Source: the human T2T-CHM13v2.0 reference genome, Homo sapiens
DNA length: 64,000 nucleotides
Strand: one strand, 5' to 3'
Assembly: GCF_009914755.1 (NCBI RefSeq)
Contig: NC_060947.1
In this document: positions 38,993-54,088 of the stretch, one piece after another
Layout: every line of letters starts with the position of its first letter
Position numbering within the stretch: the first letter of the stretch is position 1
Made by a program: the position numbers and the translations under genes
Notes under the pieces: model-generated
Told to the model about the DNA's origin: nothing
What the model saw: only the letters and a program-made list of their open reading frames with translations
Databases searched by the model: none

Positions 38993-41900
38993 GTCCGTAA
39001 GAACTTGTTTTATAATCAACAGAATAAATTTTTAATTTTCTATCAGAAAGGAAGATTCACTTAACATAAATTCATTTCACACAAAAAAATGTCTAGAACA
39101 CATCTCTTCTATGGAGGAAAGAACATCTAACACCAAAAAAGAAATTACCATATTGTGTTCATTTTAATTTCTAACTTTAATCTCTAATATGTGGCTTAGC
39201 TAGTATGTCAGATAAAAACGCACCAGTTATTGATTTTCATTTCACTTGAGATTGTCTTATCTCCTTAAAATTTAAGTGGACCAATTTTTATTGTCAGTAA
39301 ATACAGTTATCCAGCAGCTAGGTCTACCATCTTTCATAATACTTTTTGAAATATCCTGAAGAATCACAGTAAAAAGGTCCTGAAATATATTGTTAAAAGT
39401 ATAGGCAAAACAGAGTAATACCATGTGCAGTCTTTGAATGCCAAGAATACATACGTAATATAATGGGCATAAGGAAAAAGGGCAGTAGATTAATTGTGGA
39501 ATGGTATCCAATGTGAGAATGTATTTTTCACACAGTCACAAAAATGATTTCCCTTCTGACCTAAGAAAATTTTTTATTTAAAACAATTCAATGCATCCCT
39601 ATTCTAGGTAAGTTTATACACGGTTATAAAGTCATTTAAATAGTTCTTAACAACTTCCATTCTAATGTTGTTTTTTTTTCTCTGACATTCTTTTAAGTTA
39701 TGCATATTGTGCCAGAAAGACGAAGGATTTATTCTGCCCATTAGTCATAAAATATTGTTTTTATGTTATGAAGTATCACTATCACATGTCTATATTTGAA
39801 CTGCATATCAATCTCTTCTTGTTATCACCTCTAGCCCCTGAGTAAGGAAGATGAATAATACAGAATTTTATATTTTCATTGTAGCTAGAGAAACTGAGGC
39901 ATGGAACATAAAACACTTTGTTTTAGTCTTATAAAATATTCCCAAAATACACTTGGGATTCAAATTGAAATCCTCCTGACTCTTGTTTATTTTGAAGGAT
40001 TAAGATCAGTTCACTCTTTGATGTTTGCAACGTTGTGAAAGAGTCATTAAAGGACGAGGATGCTCCCTTTTTCATCCTTTATTTTTTCCTGTTCATCATA
40101 CTGCAGCTCTGATGACTAGACCTCAGGCAGCCATCTTGGTCCAGAAGGTGGAAATGACATTTTGACAGTAGAAGGATAATCTGATAATCACAGAGTTGCC
40201 ATGCAAATCTTGAACTGTTTACTTCTAATCTTTGTTAATGTGTGAGAGAAATAAACTTTTTTTAAAAAAAACAGTAGTTTATTCATTGAAGGGAGTAGAA
40301 GGACATAGTTTTTGGTAGATAGGTTCTCCTGTGTTCTAGCCTGGGAAGTGTGCCAACTTATGGAAAAAGTCATTATTCTTATTCATCAGGTTTTTTTCAC
40401 ATAATGAAAATTTTACAGTGAATTCTGGCTGGAAAATGCATGGGTGTAGTTTGTTTTAATGACTTCTATGAATGATAATTTATTTAACTTTCTTATCTAA
40501 ACTGAAAATTAAGTAAGGGCCTCATAACACATTGCAGGTTGCCTGAGAATGTCAAGTAACACTAATGCTCAGCTTTACGTTTAGCCTATCATTTGGTTTT
40601 TTATCTGAAACTCTTCATAGACTGTTTCTTTATTCCTTGACTTTAAAAATGAACAATAAGTGACCAAATTCTATCAGAATTTTACATACTATCTCACAAA
40701 TGAACATTTATTGCTTTTGTACGATTAATTTCTTAGAGTGGTGTGTATCCAAAATGCCATCATCTGAGAAAGCAGATCAATATTTTATTGTGATTATAGG
40801 CCCCGCCACACTTAGAATATTCTCCAGGCTGTCCCTCTTAATTTCAACTATATAAAGAAAAATTGCGAAGAGACTTGACCTAGTATTTTGATTAAACTAT
40901 TCTTTTCACAAATATTGATCTATCATATGTCAAATTTCACTAGAATTACTGAGTATTTGGATTATAGTTCAGTCTTCTCCATTTATACACATTTAATTTA
41001 ATTGTAAAGATAGCTGCATCTCATGCTTTTACAAATATTTTTAAGAAGAAATACATTTTCCATGCCCCGATTTGTTCTTCATTTCTTTTAACACTTCTGT
41101 TTCTATCACATCCAATGTTTTTACTAATATTTTTGTGTCCAATGTTTTTACTAGTATTTTTTCTGCAATATTTTTTTCTACAAAGAAACCTCTTTTCTAC
41201 TAAAATCTTGGCCCTAAATCCATTTTTTATTCCAAAAAGAAATAAAATGTGGGTGTATAATCCATTTGAAAATTAACAAATAATGATTTATGTGAAAGAA
41301 ATTAGTTACTTTATTATTTTTAATAGCAGCATCGTTAAATCCTTGCATTCTAGGTTTGAAGAGCCTTACCTATGTATGTTGACCCAGTAAGTTGAAGTGG
41401 AGATTGAAATCTAGTTTTTAGAAAAACATTCATGTGTTTCTGTTGCAGCTGTTTCACAAGATCAAAACTCTGCCAGAAAGATACGCCTCCTGTCATTTTA
41501 TACCAGAAATAGTCAAAATTATCCCATGTCTGCAAGTTAGAAATTTAAAATTCTCCTTGTCATTTTAATAATTAATTTCAATATTCCAAACACTGTTTTA
41601 TTTTGAATGCCATGGGCTGACCAGATGGTGTCCAGAAGTACCTACTCCTCTAAAAATAAAATGTGGAGACTCAGATTCTTCTTCAAAATGTTTTCTTTCT
41701 ATATCCAAAGGTCAATATCCAAAATGATGTAATAAACATTTGCTTAATTTTTTAGTGCTGTGGTTCATTGGTTTAGATTTAAACCTGTTTTCCATACAGC
41801 TATTATACATTCATTGATTTTATACACAATATGCGTAGTATATAGATGTTGTTACTCAGTGCTTCATGATGTAAAAAATAAAGGTAATACTGAATTACAT

Positions 41901-42639
41901 TTTTCTTTTAATTAATCTTATATGATAATTAAAATCTATTTTCAGAACTAGAGGCAATAGAGCAAGTTTGTCGAATCCATATAAGTGTCATGGTTTAGCT
42001 AGGTGAATTCTTAATAAGGACTTCAAAACAGGCTAAATTAATGGTATTAAAAGAAACACTGCTTTCTAATGAGAGTTATGGATTTGGTGGCTGATTGCAA
42101 TGATTATACAATGTAAAATATATGTAGTACCTAAGAGAATCACTGCATTTTAACTGGATTATTGTGCCTTTGAAAAATAGAAATCCACTCAGCTAGGTAC
42201 ATTATATTCCTAAAAACAAGGAGGGAGTCTAAACTTTCTTATTTCTAGTTCAGTAAGATTCTGATTTAAGCAAGGAATCCAAAACAAGAAAGAACACTTA
42301 GAAAACACACGAATGTTTTTTACTACCTGCGGTTTCGATCAATAAGATATAGACTGATACTGACAAATCTAATTGGCTCTGGCTAACCAGAGTGAGGTAT
42401 TCTCATTTTTACAGATATTTTCAGTGTCTGAAAATAAAATGGCCTAAGCAAAGCACACAGTCTTGGCCTTTTGCTTGGAAAACTAACATATTTTTTAAAT
42501 ATTCAAAAAATTTAAAAAATATTTATAGGTCCTTGACTGACACTTAAAGAATATGCATGGCTATAATTTTTTTTTTTCATTTTAAAACCTGAATTTTATT
42601 TAAAGTAATTTATCAAAGGCCTGAAGTATAGCTGAATTT

Positions 42640-42815
42640 TTCTAAGCACAAGCTCTCGGGTCAATCATCAGGCATATCCCAGGTAGATTCCTTTCTAACT
42701 ATGTGACCTTGGGTACGTGCTTAACCTCTCTGTGTTGTAGTTTCTCATTTGAAAAATGGCCAAAGTAATAACTCCTGTCTCCCATGGTGATTGAGCACAT
42801 TAAATGAGTTAATGC
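42640..42815 (+). mobile_element. MIR relic
   Basis: ctatgtgaccttgggtacgtgcttaacctctctgtg..gtttctcatttgaaaaatgg..attaaatgagttaatg. Confidence 0.7.
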
Positions 42816-43089
42816 AATTTGTGCTATAATTTGTGCCAACATCAGCTCATAAAAAGCAGTTGTGTGCATTTTATCTCAATCCCGTGTTTGTGGTGAGAGA
42901 ATGTTCACCATGGAATTAATAAAATTCTACAAATAAGGGCATTTTTCATCAGAAATCTTGTTGTTAAACATTTGCCAGGACTGGACTTGTGAATAGACTT
43001 AAAATCACGTGTAACAGGGTGGTTCCATCAACAAAACAATTATGTATAATATGATTAGCTGTCAGAATATCAACACTAGAGAGGACCAA

Positions 43090-43810
43090 AGAAATTTATT
43101 CATTCAATTGAAATTTAAGTGTCTACTAAATTTAAGCCATTTGGTCACTTAACGTAAGTGCACAGAACATACTCGTGCAGATTACATTGTAGTATTAGTG
43201 TAGACAGAAAGTTAATAAATGCAATAGGTAGTGTAGTTGATGGAATAAAAGCTATCAAATAGTAAAGTAGAAAAGGAAGATAAAGGGGCAGGATTATTTT
43301 GTAGCATGGACAGGGAAGACTGCAATGAAAAGGGGGCATTTAAGTAAAGACGAGAATCTGGTAAGGAGGAAAGTCATGAGGATATCTGGGAGAAGACTGT
43401 TCCAGGCAGCAGGAGGAGCAAGTGCAAGGGCTATGAGGTAGAAACGTGCCTAGAATATTATTTTATTTTATTTTTTCAAGAGAGGCCAGCATGGTCAAAT
43501 AAGTAATTAATGAATTCAGAGATGTTAAAAACTGTGAGATTTTTGGTGTGGTGGTTCTTTAAATATTAGTTAGAATTTATCTATAATGTATTTGTTTCTT
43601 TAAAAGTGAAATAGAAAAACACTGAAAATTTTTAACAAAGAACGATTCTGTGACCTACGTTTTAGCAAGACTGTTTGTCCTGTGGTGTAAAACATCATCT
43701 GTGATGAGTAGCAAGGGAAGAAGCAGGGGTAGCATTTAGAAGTTTTTTTGAAATAATTTAGGTCTGAGACGATGGTTCTTTGGACCATGGGGAGATAAGT
43801 AGAGGTAAAT
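43090..43810 (-). mobile_element. L2 fragments
   Basis: gatatctgggagaagactgttccaggcagcaggaggagcaagtgcaagggc. Confidence 0.6.
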
Positions 43811-44041
43811 ACATTAGATTGACTGTAGATAATTCTATTGCTTAATCATTATAAATTTTTGAGGCCTTGAGTTATATTTTTATTTTATTAATTTTGTCTC
43901 ATGAATTTCTATTAAGCCTTTGAAAAACATGATGAGTAACTACATAGTTTCCTTGATTTTGTTGTACTTGAAGAAAAATTCATATTTGCCTTTTACTGAC
44001 ATTTAAAATCATGTCATTGCTGGCAATTAAAACAGTGTGGT

Positions 44042-46605
44042 TGCAAAGAAACAGAGATAATTTTACTTCATCCTCTTTTATTTGGATGTCCTTTATTTCT
44101 CTCTCTTGCCTAATTGCTCTGGCTAGGACTTCCAGTACTATATTTAACAGAAGTAGTGAGAGTGGGCATACTTATTTTTTTCTGATTTTAAAGTAAAAGC
44201 CTTCAATTTTAATTCCTGAGTACGATGTTAGCTGTGGGCTTGTCATATATAGTCTTTATTATGTTGAGGAATAGTCCTTCTTTACCTAATTTGTTAATAG
44301 ACTTTATCATAAAATGATGTTAAGTTTTGTCAAATGCTTCATTTGTATCTATTGAGATGATGGTGTTGATTTTGTTCTTCATTCTGTTGATGTGACATAT
44401 CACATTTATTGATTTATGTATGTTCAACCAATCTTGCATCCCAGGGATAAATCCCACTTGATCATGGTAAATGATGACACTTTTAATGTATTGTTGAAGA
44501 TATTATCCTCATAACCCCATGATAAAGTTAAAAAATCTTAAATTGAACCACCCTAAGTTGGAGTCCATATGCATATTGTTGAAGATTTTTGCATCTATGT
44601 TTATCAGTTATATTAGCCTGCAGTTTTTCTTTTCTTGTAGTGTACTGTACTAGCTTTGGTATCATGGTGAGGCTGGCCTTGTAAAGTTAGTTTGGAAGTA
44701 CTCTTTTTCTCTTCAATTTTTTGGAAGAGTTTCAGAATGATTGGCATTAGTTCTTTAAATGTTAATTAGAATTCATCCATGAAGCTATCTGGATCTGGGC
44801 TTCTCCTTGAACAGACTTTTTAATTTTTATTTAATCTCTTTACTTGTTATTGGTCTGTTAAGATTTCCCATCTTATCATGATTAAGTCTTAGTAAGTTAT
44901 ATGCCTCTAGGAATTGATTCATTTCTTCCAGGTGTTTTAACTTGTTGGCATATAATTTTTCACAATAGTCTCTTATGATCCTTTGTATTTCTGTATTATC
45001 AATTGTAATGTCTCATTCTTCATTTATGATGTTATTTATTTGTCTTCTCTCTTTTATTCTTAGTTAGTTTAGCTAAGGTTTTGTCAATTTTATTCACCTT
45101 TTCAAAAAGCCAACTCTTATTCTCTTTATTTCTATTTTTTCATGTATTTATTGCACTTATTTTTGCTCTGACCTTTGTTATTTTCTTTCTTCTGCTATCT
45201 TTGGGACTAGTCTGTTCTTCTTTTACTAATTGCTTAAGATGTAATGTTAAGCTGTTTATCTGAGAGCTGCCTTCTTTTTTGATGTAGATTTTAATTGTTA
45301 TACACTCCCTTCTTAGAACTACTTTTGCTGCATCCCATAAGCCTTGGTATGTTCTGTTTTCATTCTTGTTTTCTCAAGATATTATTTAAATTTCCTGTTT
45401 AGTTTATTCTTTGACTAAATAGTTGTTGAGGAGTGTATTAGTTATGTTTCACTTATTTGTGAATTTTCCATGACTCTTCCTGTTATTGATTTCCAGTTTC
45501 ACACCATTACGATGGAAAATGATACTTGATATGATTTCTTTTTATTTCAATGTGTTAAGAATTGTGTTGTTGCCTAAAATATAATCCATCCTGGAGAACG
45601 TTCCTTGTGCACTTGAGAAAAACGTATATCCTGTTGCTATTGGGTGGAATGTCCTGTATATATCCGTTAGGTCCATTTGTTCTTACGTGTAGTTTAAGTC
45701 TGATGTTTTCTTATTGATTTTCTGTCTGAATGATCTGTCTGTTGCTGAAAGTGGAGTGTTGAAATACCCTATTACTATTGTGTCACATTCCATGTCTCCT
45801 TTCGATTTATTATTATTGTTTGGTATTTAAGTACTCCAATTTTGGAGCAAATATAATTGTTAGTTCCTCCTTATGAACTTACCACTTTGTCATTAACTGT
45901 TTTGTCCCTTTTTACAGTTTTTGACCTAAAGTTTATTTTTTATAAATTAAATATAGCTACCCTGATCTCTTTCAGTTTCTGTCTCCCTTTAACGTGTTTC
46001 TCCATCAATTCACTTTTAATATGAGTGGCCTTTAGGTTGAGATGAGTCTATTGTAGGCAGCATATAACTGGGCTTTGTTTTTTTCATTCCTTCAGCTACA
46101 CTAAGCCCTTTAACTGAAACACTTAATTCATATACTTTTTTTTTGTAATTGTTGATAGGTAAGGATTTACTACTGCCACGTTGTTAACTGTTTTCTGGTG
46201 TTTTATTAGGGCCTTTTTTTTATTTCTGTCTAGCTTTTTTGCTTTGATGTTTGATGGCCTTCTGTACCGCATTGTTTGGATATCTTTTTTATTCTTTTGT
46301 GTTTTGTTATAAAATATTGTTTTGTGGTTACCCTGAGGTTTACAAGAAACATTTTATACTTGTAACAAGCTATTTCAAGTTTAGAATAATTGAATTTTGA
46401 TTGCAGAGAAAAATTCTGTAATTTTACTCTCTTTCCATTTTTTACTGTTTTGGTGTTATACTTTACATCTTTTTATAATATGTGCCTCTTAACAAATTAT
46501 TGTTGCTTTAGTTGTTTTTAATAGTTTTGTTTTTACACTTTATAATAGACATATAATTAATTTATCCACCACCATTACAGAATTAGAGTCTTTCGGATTT
46601 GTCAA
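44042..46605 (-). mobile_element. L1MA-type LINE-1, inverted 5' segment (ORF2 RT back towards the ORF1/ORF2 spacer)
   Basis: T-rich antisense ORF2 (ctaattgctctggctaggacttccagtacta, gggataaatcccacttgatcatgg). Confidence 0.9.
44499..44571. mobile_element. Short Tigger-type (MER47-like) terminal fragment inside L1
   Basis: taaagttaaaaaatcttaaattgaaccaccctaagttggagtccatatg resembles a CpG-decayed Tigger5/MER47 terminus. Confidence 0.4.
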
Positions 46606-46607
46606 TG

Positions 46608-49600
46608 TATGTACATATAGAAAATCCTAAAGACTCCACTAAGAACCTGTTACAACATATTTAAAAGTTCAGTTAAGCTACAAAATAAAATACCAACTTA
46701 CAAAAATCAGTAGTGTTGCTACACACTAACAATTAACTCACCAGAAAAAAATTAAAAAAACAGTGTTATTTATAATACAATAAAAATATTTATAATTAAA
46801 TGTTACCAAGAAAGTGAAAAACTGTAAGCTGAAAACTATAAAACATTGATGAAAGAAATGGAAGAAGGTGCAAGTAAATGAAAAGATATCCCATGTTCAT
46901 GAATTAGTAGAATTAATATTGTTAAAATGTTTATATTACCCAAATTGATCTATAAATTCAATGGAATCCGTATCAAAATTCCAATGGGAATTTTCACAGA
47001 ACTAGAAAAAAATCCTAAAATTCATATGAAACTACAGAACACCTAATACTCAAAGCAATCTTGACCAAAAAGGACAAAGCTAATGGAATCATACAATGGG
47101 ATTTCAAAATATATTACAAAGCTATAGGAATCAAAACAGAATGATACTGGCCTAAAAATAGACACGTTGATTAATGTAGTAGAAGAGAGTCCAAAAATAA
47201 CCCTGCGTAACTAGTGTGAGTTGATTTTCAACAAAGGTGCTAAGAATCCACATTGGAGAAAGGATAATCTCTACAATAAATGCTGTTGGGAAAACCGGAT
47301 ATTCATATACAGAAGAAAAAAAATGAACCCTGATTTCACCCTTATATAAGAATCAACTAAAAATAGAACAACAACTTAAAGATAAGATTTAAAATAATAA
47401 AATTACTAGAGTAAAACAGAAAAGAAAAAACTGTGTGACATTTAATATAGTTTCGATGTCCTCTCCAAATCTCATGTTGTGATGTAATCCTCAGTGTTGA
47501 AGGTAGGGCCTAGTGGGAGTGGTTTATGTCATGGAGATAGATCCCGCATGGCTTGGTGCTGTCTTTGTAATGGTCATCTGGTTGTTTAAATGCATGACAT
47601 CTCTTCTTTCTCCCCCAACTATCTTTCTTGCTTTTGTTCTTGCCACGTGAAATGCCTGCTCTCCCTTTGCCTTCTGCCATGAATGAAAGCTTCCTGAGGC
47701 CTCATGAGAAGTTGAGCATATGCTGGTACCAGGCTTCTTGTATAGCATGCAGAAACATGAGGCAATAAAACCTAGTTTTGTATAAACTGCCCAGTGTCGG
47801 GTATTTCCTTATAGCAATACAAGAACAGCTTAACACAGAAAGTTGGTGCCAGGAATGGGTTATTTTCATAAAGATACCTGAAAATGTGGACGCGACCTTG
47901 GAACTGGATAATGGGCAAAGGTTGGAAGACTTTGGAGGACTCAGAAGAAGACAGGAAGTTGAAGGAAAACGTGAAACTTCTTAGAGACTGGTTAAATGTT
48001 TGTGACCAAAATATTGATAGTGATATGGACGGTAAAGTCCAGGCTGATAAGGTCGAGCCACTGCTTCAGACATTTTAAGCCATAAGCATTGACAGTTTCC
48101 ATGTGATGTTAATCTTGCAGGTGCACAGAGTAAAAGAGTAAAGAAAACTTGGCAGCAACTGCCTAGATTTCAGAGGATGTTTGAGAAAGCCTGGGTCCCC
48201 AGGAAAAAGTGCGCTGCAGGAGTACAGCCCTCATAGAGAACATCTGACAGAGCAGTGTGGAGGTAAATTGTGGGGTTGAAGCCACCACACAGTGTACCCA
48301 CTGAGGTACTGCTTAGTAGAGCTGTGGGAAAGGAGCCACCATCCTCCAGGCCCCCAGAGTGGTAGATCCACCTGCAGCTTACACCTTGTACCTGGAAAAG
48401 TTGCAGCCACTCAACAACCTGTGAGAGCAGGCATGGGGACTGAAACCTGGAAAGCCACATAAGTGGAAATGCCTAGGGCCTTGTGAGCCCACCCCTTGCA
48501 CTAGTGTGCCCACCCCTTGCACTGGTGTGCCCCGGATGCATGACATGTATTCAACGGAGATTATTTTGAAACTTTAAGATTTAATTACGGCCCTGTTTGA
48601 TTTTGAACTTGCACAGGGCCTTCCCTTTGGCTGATTTCTTCAATTTCCAATGGAAATGTTTATTCAATAGCTATACCCCATTGTACCCCATCGTAACTTG
48701 GAAGTACATAACTTGCTTTTGATTTCACAGACTCATAAGTGGAAGGAACCTGCCTTGTCTCAAATGAAACTTTAGACTTTGGACTTTTGAGTTAATTCAA
48801 AAATGTGTTGACAATTTGGGTCCTATTGAAAAGGCATGATTATATTTTGAAATTTCAGAAGGACATAATCCCAGTGTTAGAGGTGGGGCCTGGTGGGAGA
48901 TGTTTATGTCATCGAAGCAGATCTCACATGGCTTGGTACTGTCTTTGCTGTAGTGATCTGATTGTTTATGTATGGCACCTCCCCCACTCTCTCTCTTGTT
49001 CACATTTTCACCATATGAGATGACTACTCCAACGTTGCCTTCCACCATGACTAAAAGCTTCCTGAGGCTTCACCAGGAGCCAAGCAGATGCCAGTACCAT
49101 TCTTCCTATAAAAGCTACACAACTGTCAGTCAATTAAACCTTTTTTCTTTATGAATTTCCAGGTCTCAGATATTTCTTTAGAGCAATGCAATAATGGCCT
49201 AACACAATATTGCACTGGGCAGAATACTTAGATATGATTATAAAAGTTTGAGCAACAAAAACAAAAATAGACAAAAGACACTGAATCAACCTAAAAATCA
49301 TTTGCACAGCAAATGAAACAATTAATAGAGTGAAGAGATTACACACAGGATGAGAAAAATATATGCAAATTATATCCAGTAAGTGGCTAATATCCAAAAT
49401 GTACAATTAACTCAAACTACTTAGTAACAATAAAACAAATACAACTCTTATAAATTGGTAAAGAACTTGAATAGACTTTTCTCAAAAGAAGACATATGAA
49501 TGTCCAACAGATATATGAAAAAAAGTTCAATGTCTTTAATCATCAGAGAAATGCAAATTACAACCATAATGAGTTTTACCTCCCATCTGTTAGACTGGCT

Positions 49601-51135
49601 ATTTTCAAAAAGTGAAAAATAACAAACATTGGCAAGGATATACAGAAGAGAGCCCTTATACACTCTTGGTGGTATTGTACATTAGCATAGCCATTTTGGA
49701 AAACAGTATGTAAGTTTCTTAAAAATCTAAAATTAGAGCTATTGTATAGTCCAGTAATTCAAATGCTGGGTATGCATGCAAAAGAAAGTAAATCATTATA
49801 TCAAAGAGATATCTGCACTCCCATGTTTGTTGCAGCACTGTTCACAATATCCAAGATTGGGAAGCAATCTTAATTTTCATCAACAAATGAATGGATAAAG
49901 AAAATGTGGTACATATACACAATGGAGTACTATTCAGCCATAAAAAGAATGAGATCCTGTCATTTGCTACAACATGGATGGAACTGGAGGTTATGATAAG
50001 TAAAATAAGCCAGGAATGAAAACACAAACTTCACATGTTCTCACTTATATGTGGCAGCTAGAAACTAAAACAGTTGAACTAATGGAGATAGAGAGTAGGA
50101 GGACATTTACCAGAGGCTGGGAAGGGTACTCAGTGTGTGTCAGGGGTGGGGGGATGTGAGGATGGTTAATGAGTTAAAAAAAAAAAAAAAGAAAAAAAAA
50201 ATAGAAAGAATGAATAAAGACCTAGTGTTTGACAGGAAAACGGCATGACTGTGGTTAATAATAATTTAATTATACATTTTAAAATCAAAAGAGTATAACT
50301 GGAGTGTTTTTAACACAAAGGATAAATGCTTGAGGTGATGCATACTCCATTTACCAGGATGTGATTGTTACACATTGCATGCCTATATCAAAGTATCTTA
50401 TGTACCCTATAAATATATGTACCTACTATGTACCCACAAGGATTAAATATTAAAAATTTAAAAAGAACGAAAATAGAATGATGACATAATTATAAAATTC
50501 CACTACTATGTATATACCCAAAGGAAATAAAATCGGTATGGCAAAGGTATTTCTGCACACTCATGTTTATTGTAGCACTATTCTCAATAACCAAGATATG
50601 AAAATAACCTAAATGTCCAACTATGGGCATTTTAAAAGGTAGAGTACTATATATAATTGTAAAATGAATACGATTCAGTCATTAAGATGAAAACAAATAG
50701 AAAATTCTCTAATTTGCAACATGAATGAACCTATGTTAAGTGAAATAAGCCGGGCACAAAGAGACAAATACTGTATAATATCTCTTATATATGAAATCTA
50801 AAAAAGTCAAATTCATAGAAGTAGAGAGTAGAATGGTGGTTACCAGAGGCTGCGGGGGTAAGCGTTTGGATGGAGAAATTAGAGATGCTGGTCGATGGGT
50901 ATAGTTATATTTAGATAAGAGATAAAAGTTCTGATGTTCAACTGCACAGCAAGGTGACTATAGTTAATAATAATGTATTGTATATCTCAAAATACCTAAA
51001 AGAGAGAATTTTAAATGTTCCTGTCACAGATAAGTATTTCAGGTGATGGATATACTAATTACACTTATTTCATCATTATAATGTGTATGTGTATCAAAAT
51101 ATTACTTTGTGACACATAAAATACACAATTATTTG
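46608..51135 (+). mobile_element. L1MA-type LINE-1, sense segment, interrupted by MST; two successive 3' UTRs (ending about 50465 and 51135)
   Basis: tagaaaatcctaaagactccac onward; L1MA2/3-like end gtacctactatgtacccacaag; second, older-looking end ttcaggtgatggatatactaattac. Confidence 0.9.
47443..49206 (+). mobile_element. MSTB-like MaLR element: LTR 47443-47837, internal region, partly deleted 3' LTR about 48867-49206
   Basis: LTR termini taatatagttt../..ctaacaca; internal gataccTGAAAATGTGGA..ggaactgg; TSD acatt (47438-42)/atatt (49207-11); L1 resumes on both sides. Confidence 0.9.
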
Positions 51136-51585
51136 TAACCCAATGCAAATAAGCTAAAAATCATAATAAAACAATACAGGAGCTGATAGCAACAATAGTC
51201 TATTTAGAGAGGAACATAACCAACCTGATGGAGCTGAGAAACACAATATGAGATCCTTCACAATGCAATCACAAGTATCAGGAGCAGAATAGACCAAGCA
51301 AAGGAAAGAATCTCAAAGCTAGAAGATGATCTTGCTGAAATAACGGAGGCAGACAAGAATAGAGAAAAAAGAATAAAAAGCAATGAAAAAAGTCACATGA
51401 AATATGGGGTTATGTAAAGAGACCAAATCTATGACTGACTGAGTTACCTGAAAGAGATAGGGAGAATAGAACCAAGTTGGAAAACACACTTCAGGATATA
51501 ATCCAGGAGAACTTCCCCAACCTAGCAAGACAGGCCAATATTCAAATTCAGGAAATGCAGAGAACCCCAGTAAGATACTCCATGA

Positions 51586-52075
<490 letters not shown>

Positions 52076-54088
52076 GTCAATATTCTTAAAGAAAAGAATT
52101 TTCAACCCAGAATTTTGTACCTGGCAAAACTAAGCTCCATAAGTGAAGGAGAAATAAGCTCCTTTTCAGACAAGCAAATGCTGTGGAAATTCATTACCAC
52201 AAGGCCTGCCTTGCAAGAGCTTCTAAAGGAAGCACTAAATATGAAAAAGGAAACCATTACCAAACACTGCAAAAACACACTGAAGTACAAAGACCAATGG
52301 CACAATGAAGCAACTACATAAACAAGTCTGCAAAATAACCAGCTAGTATCGTGATGACAAAATCAAATTCACACATAACAATGCTAACCTTAAAGGTAAA
52401 TGGGCTAAATGCCCCAATTAAAAGACACAGAATGGCAAGCTAGATAAAGAGTCAAGACCCATTGGTATGCTGTCCTCAAGCGACCCATCTCACATGCAGT
52501 GACACAGATAGGATCAAAATAAAGAGATGGAGAAAAATCTACCAAGAAAATGGACAGCAGAAAAAAGCAGGGGTTGCAATTCTAGTTTCTGACAAAACAG
52601 ATGTTAAATCAAGAAAGATAAAAAAAAGACAATGAAGGGTATTATATAAAGGTAAAATGTTCAATACAAGAAAAGCTAACTAACCTAATTATATATGCAC
52701 CTAATATAGGAGCACCCAGATTTATAAAACAAGTTCTTAGATACCTACAAAGAGACTTAGACTCCCACAGAATAATAGTGAGAGACTTTAACACCCCACC
52801 AACAATATTAGACAGTTCATTGAGACAGAGAATTAACGAAGATATTCAGGACTCAACTCTGGATCAAGCAGACCTGGTAGATACCTAAAGAAGTCTCTAC
52901 CCAAAAACAACAAAATATAATATACATACGTCTCATTGCCCCACAGCACTTACTCTAAAATTGATGACATAATCAGATGTAAAACACTCCTCAGTAAATG
53001 CAAAAGACTTGGACCACAGTGCAATCAAATTTGAACTTAAAATTAAGAAATGAACTCAAAACCACACAACTACATGGAAATTGAGCGATCCGCTCCTTAA
53101 TGACTCTTGGGTAAATAATAAAATTAAGATAAAAATCAACAGGTTATTTGAAACTAATGAGGATAAAGAGACAATGTACTAGAATTTCTGGGATGGAGCT
53201 AAAGCAGTGTTCAGAGGGAAATTCATGGTACTAAATGCCCACAGCAAAAAGTTAAAAAGAACTCAAGTTAACAACCTAACATCACAATTTTTTTTAACAA
53301 AAACTAGAGAATCAAGAGCAAACAAACCCCAAAACTAGCAGATGACAACAAATAACCAAGATCAGAGCTGAACTGAAGGAGACGGGGACATAAAAAATTC
53401 TTCAAAAAAAAAAAAAAACCCCACAAATCCAGAAGCTGTTTTTTTAAGAGAAATAAAATAAAATAAAATAGACTGCTAGCTAGATTAATACAGAAGAAAA
53501 GAAAACAGAATCAAATATACACAATCAGAAATGATAAAGGGGATATCACTGACCCCAATGAACTACTCACAGCTATTAGAGAATACTGCAAACACCTCTA
53601 TGAAAATAAACTAGAAAATCTAAAAGAAATGGATAAATTCCTGCACATGTACAATCTACCAAGGAGCCAGGAAGAAATTGAGTCACTGAATAGACTGAGA
53701 AATTGTTCTAAAATAAAGGCACTAATAAATAGCCTACCAAGGCAAAAACAGCCCAGCACCAGAAGGACTAAAGGATGAATTCTACCAGAGGTAAAAAGAA
53801 GAGCTGGTACCGTTTCTACTGAGACTATTGCAAACAATTGAGGGACTCCCCTCTAACTCATTTATGAGGCCAGCATCATCCTGATACCAAAACCTGGCAG
53901 AGATACAAAACAACAACAACAAAAAAAAAAAACTTCAAGCCAATTATTTGATGAAACTTGATATAAAAATTTTTCAATAAAAGGCTGGCAAACCAAATCC
54001 AGGAGCACATCAAAAAGCTTATCCATCGTGATCCAGTTGGCTTCATATCCGAGAGGGTATAAACTGTTGGTTCAACATATGCAAAGCA

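Noticed and set aside
41111-41161. 27-bp tandem duplication (also 21-bp at 48487-48528 and tttagaatga x3 near 28240-28282)
   Set aside because: Ordinary slippage duplications; not CRISPR-like, no spacers
42508-42545. AT-rich quasi-palindrome
   Set aside because: Low complexity; expected by chance
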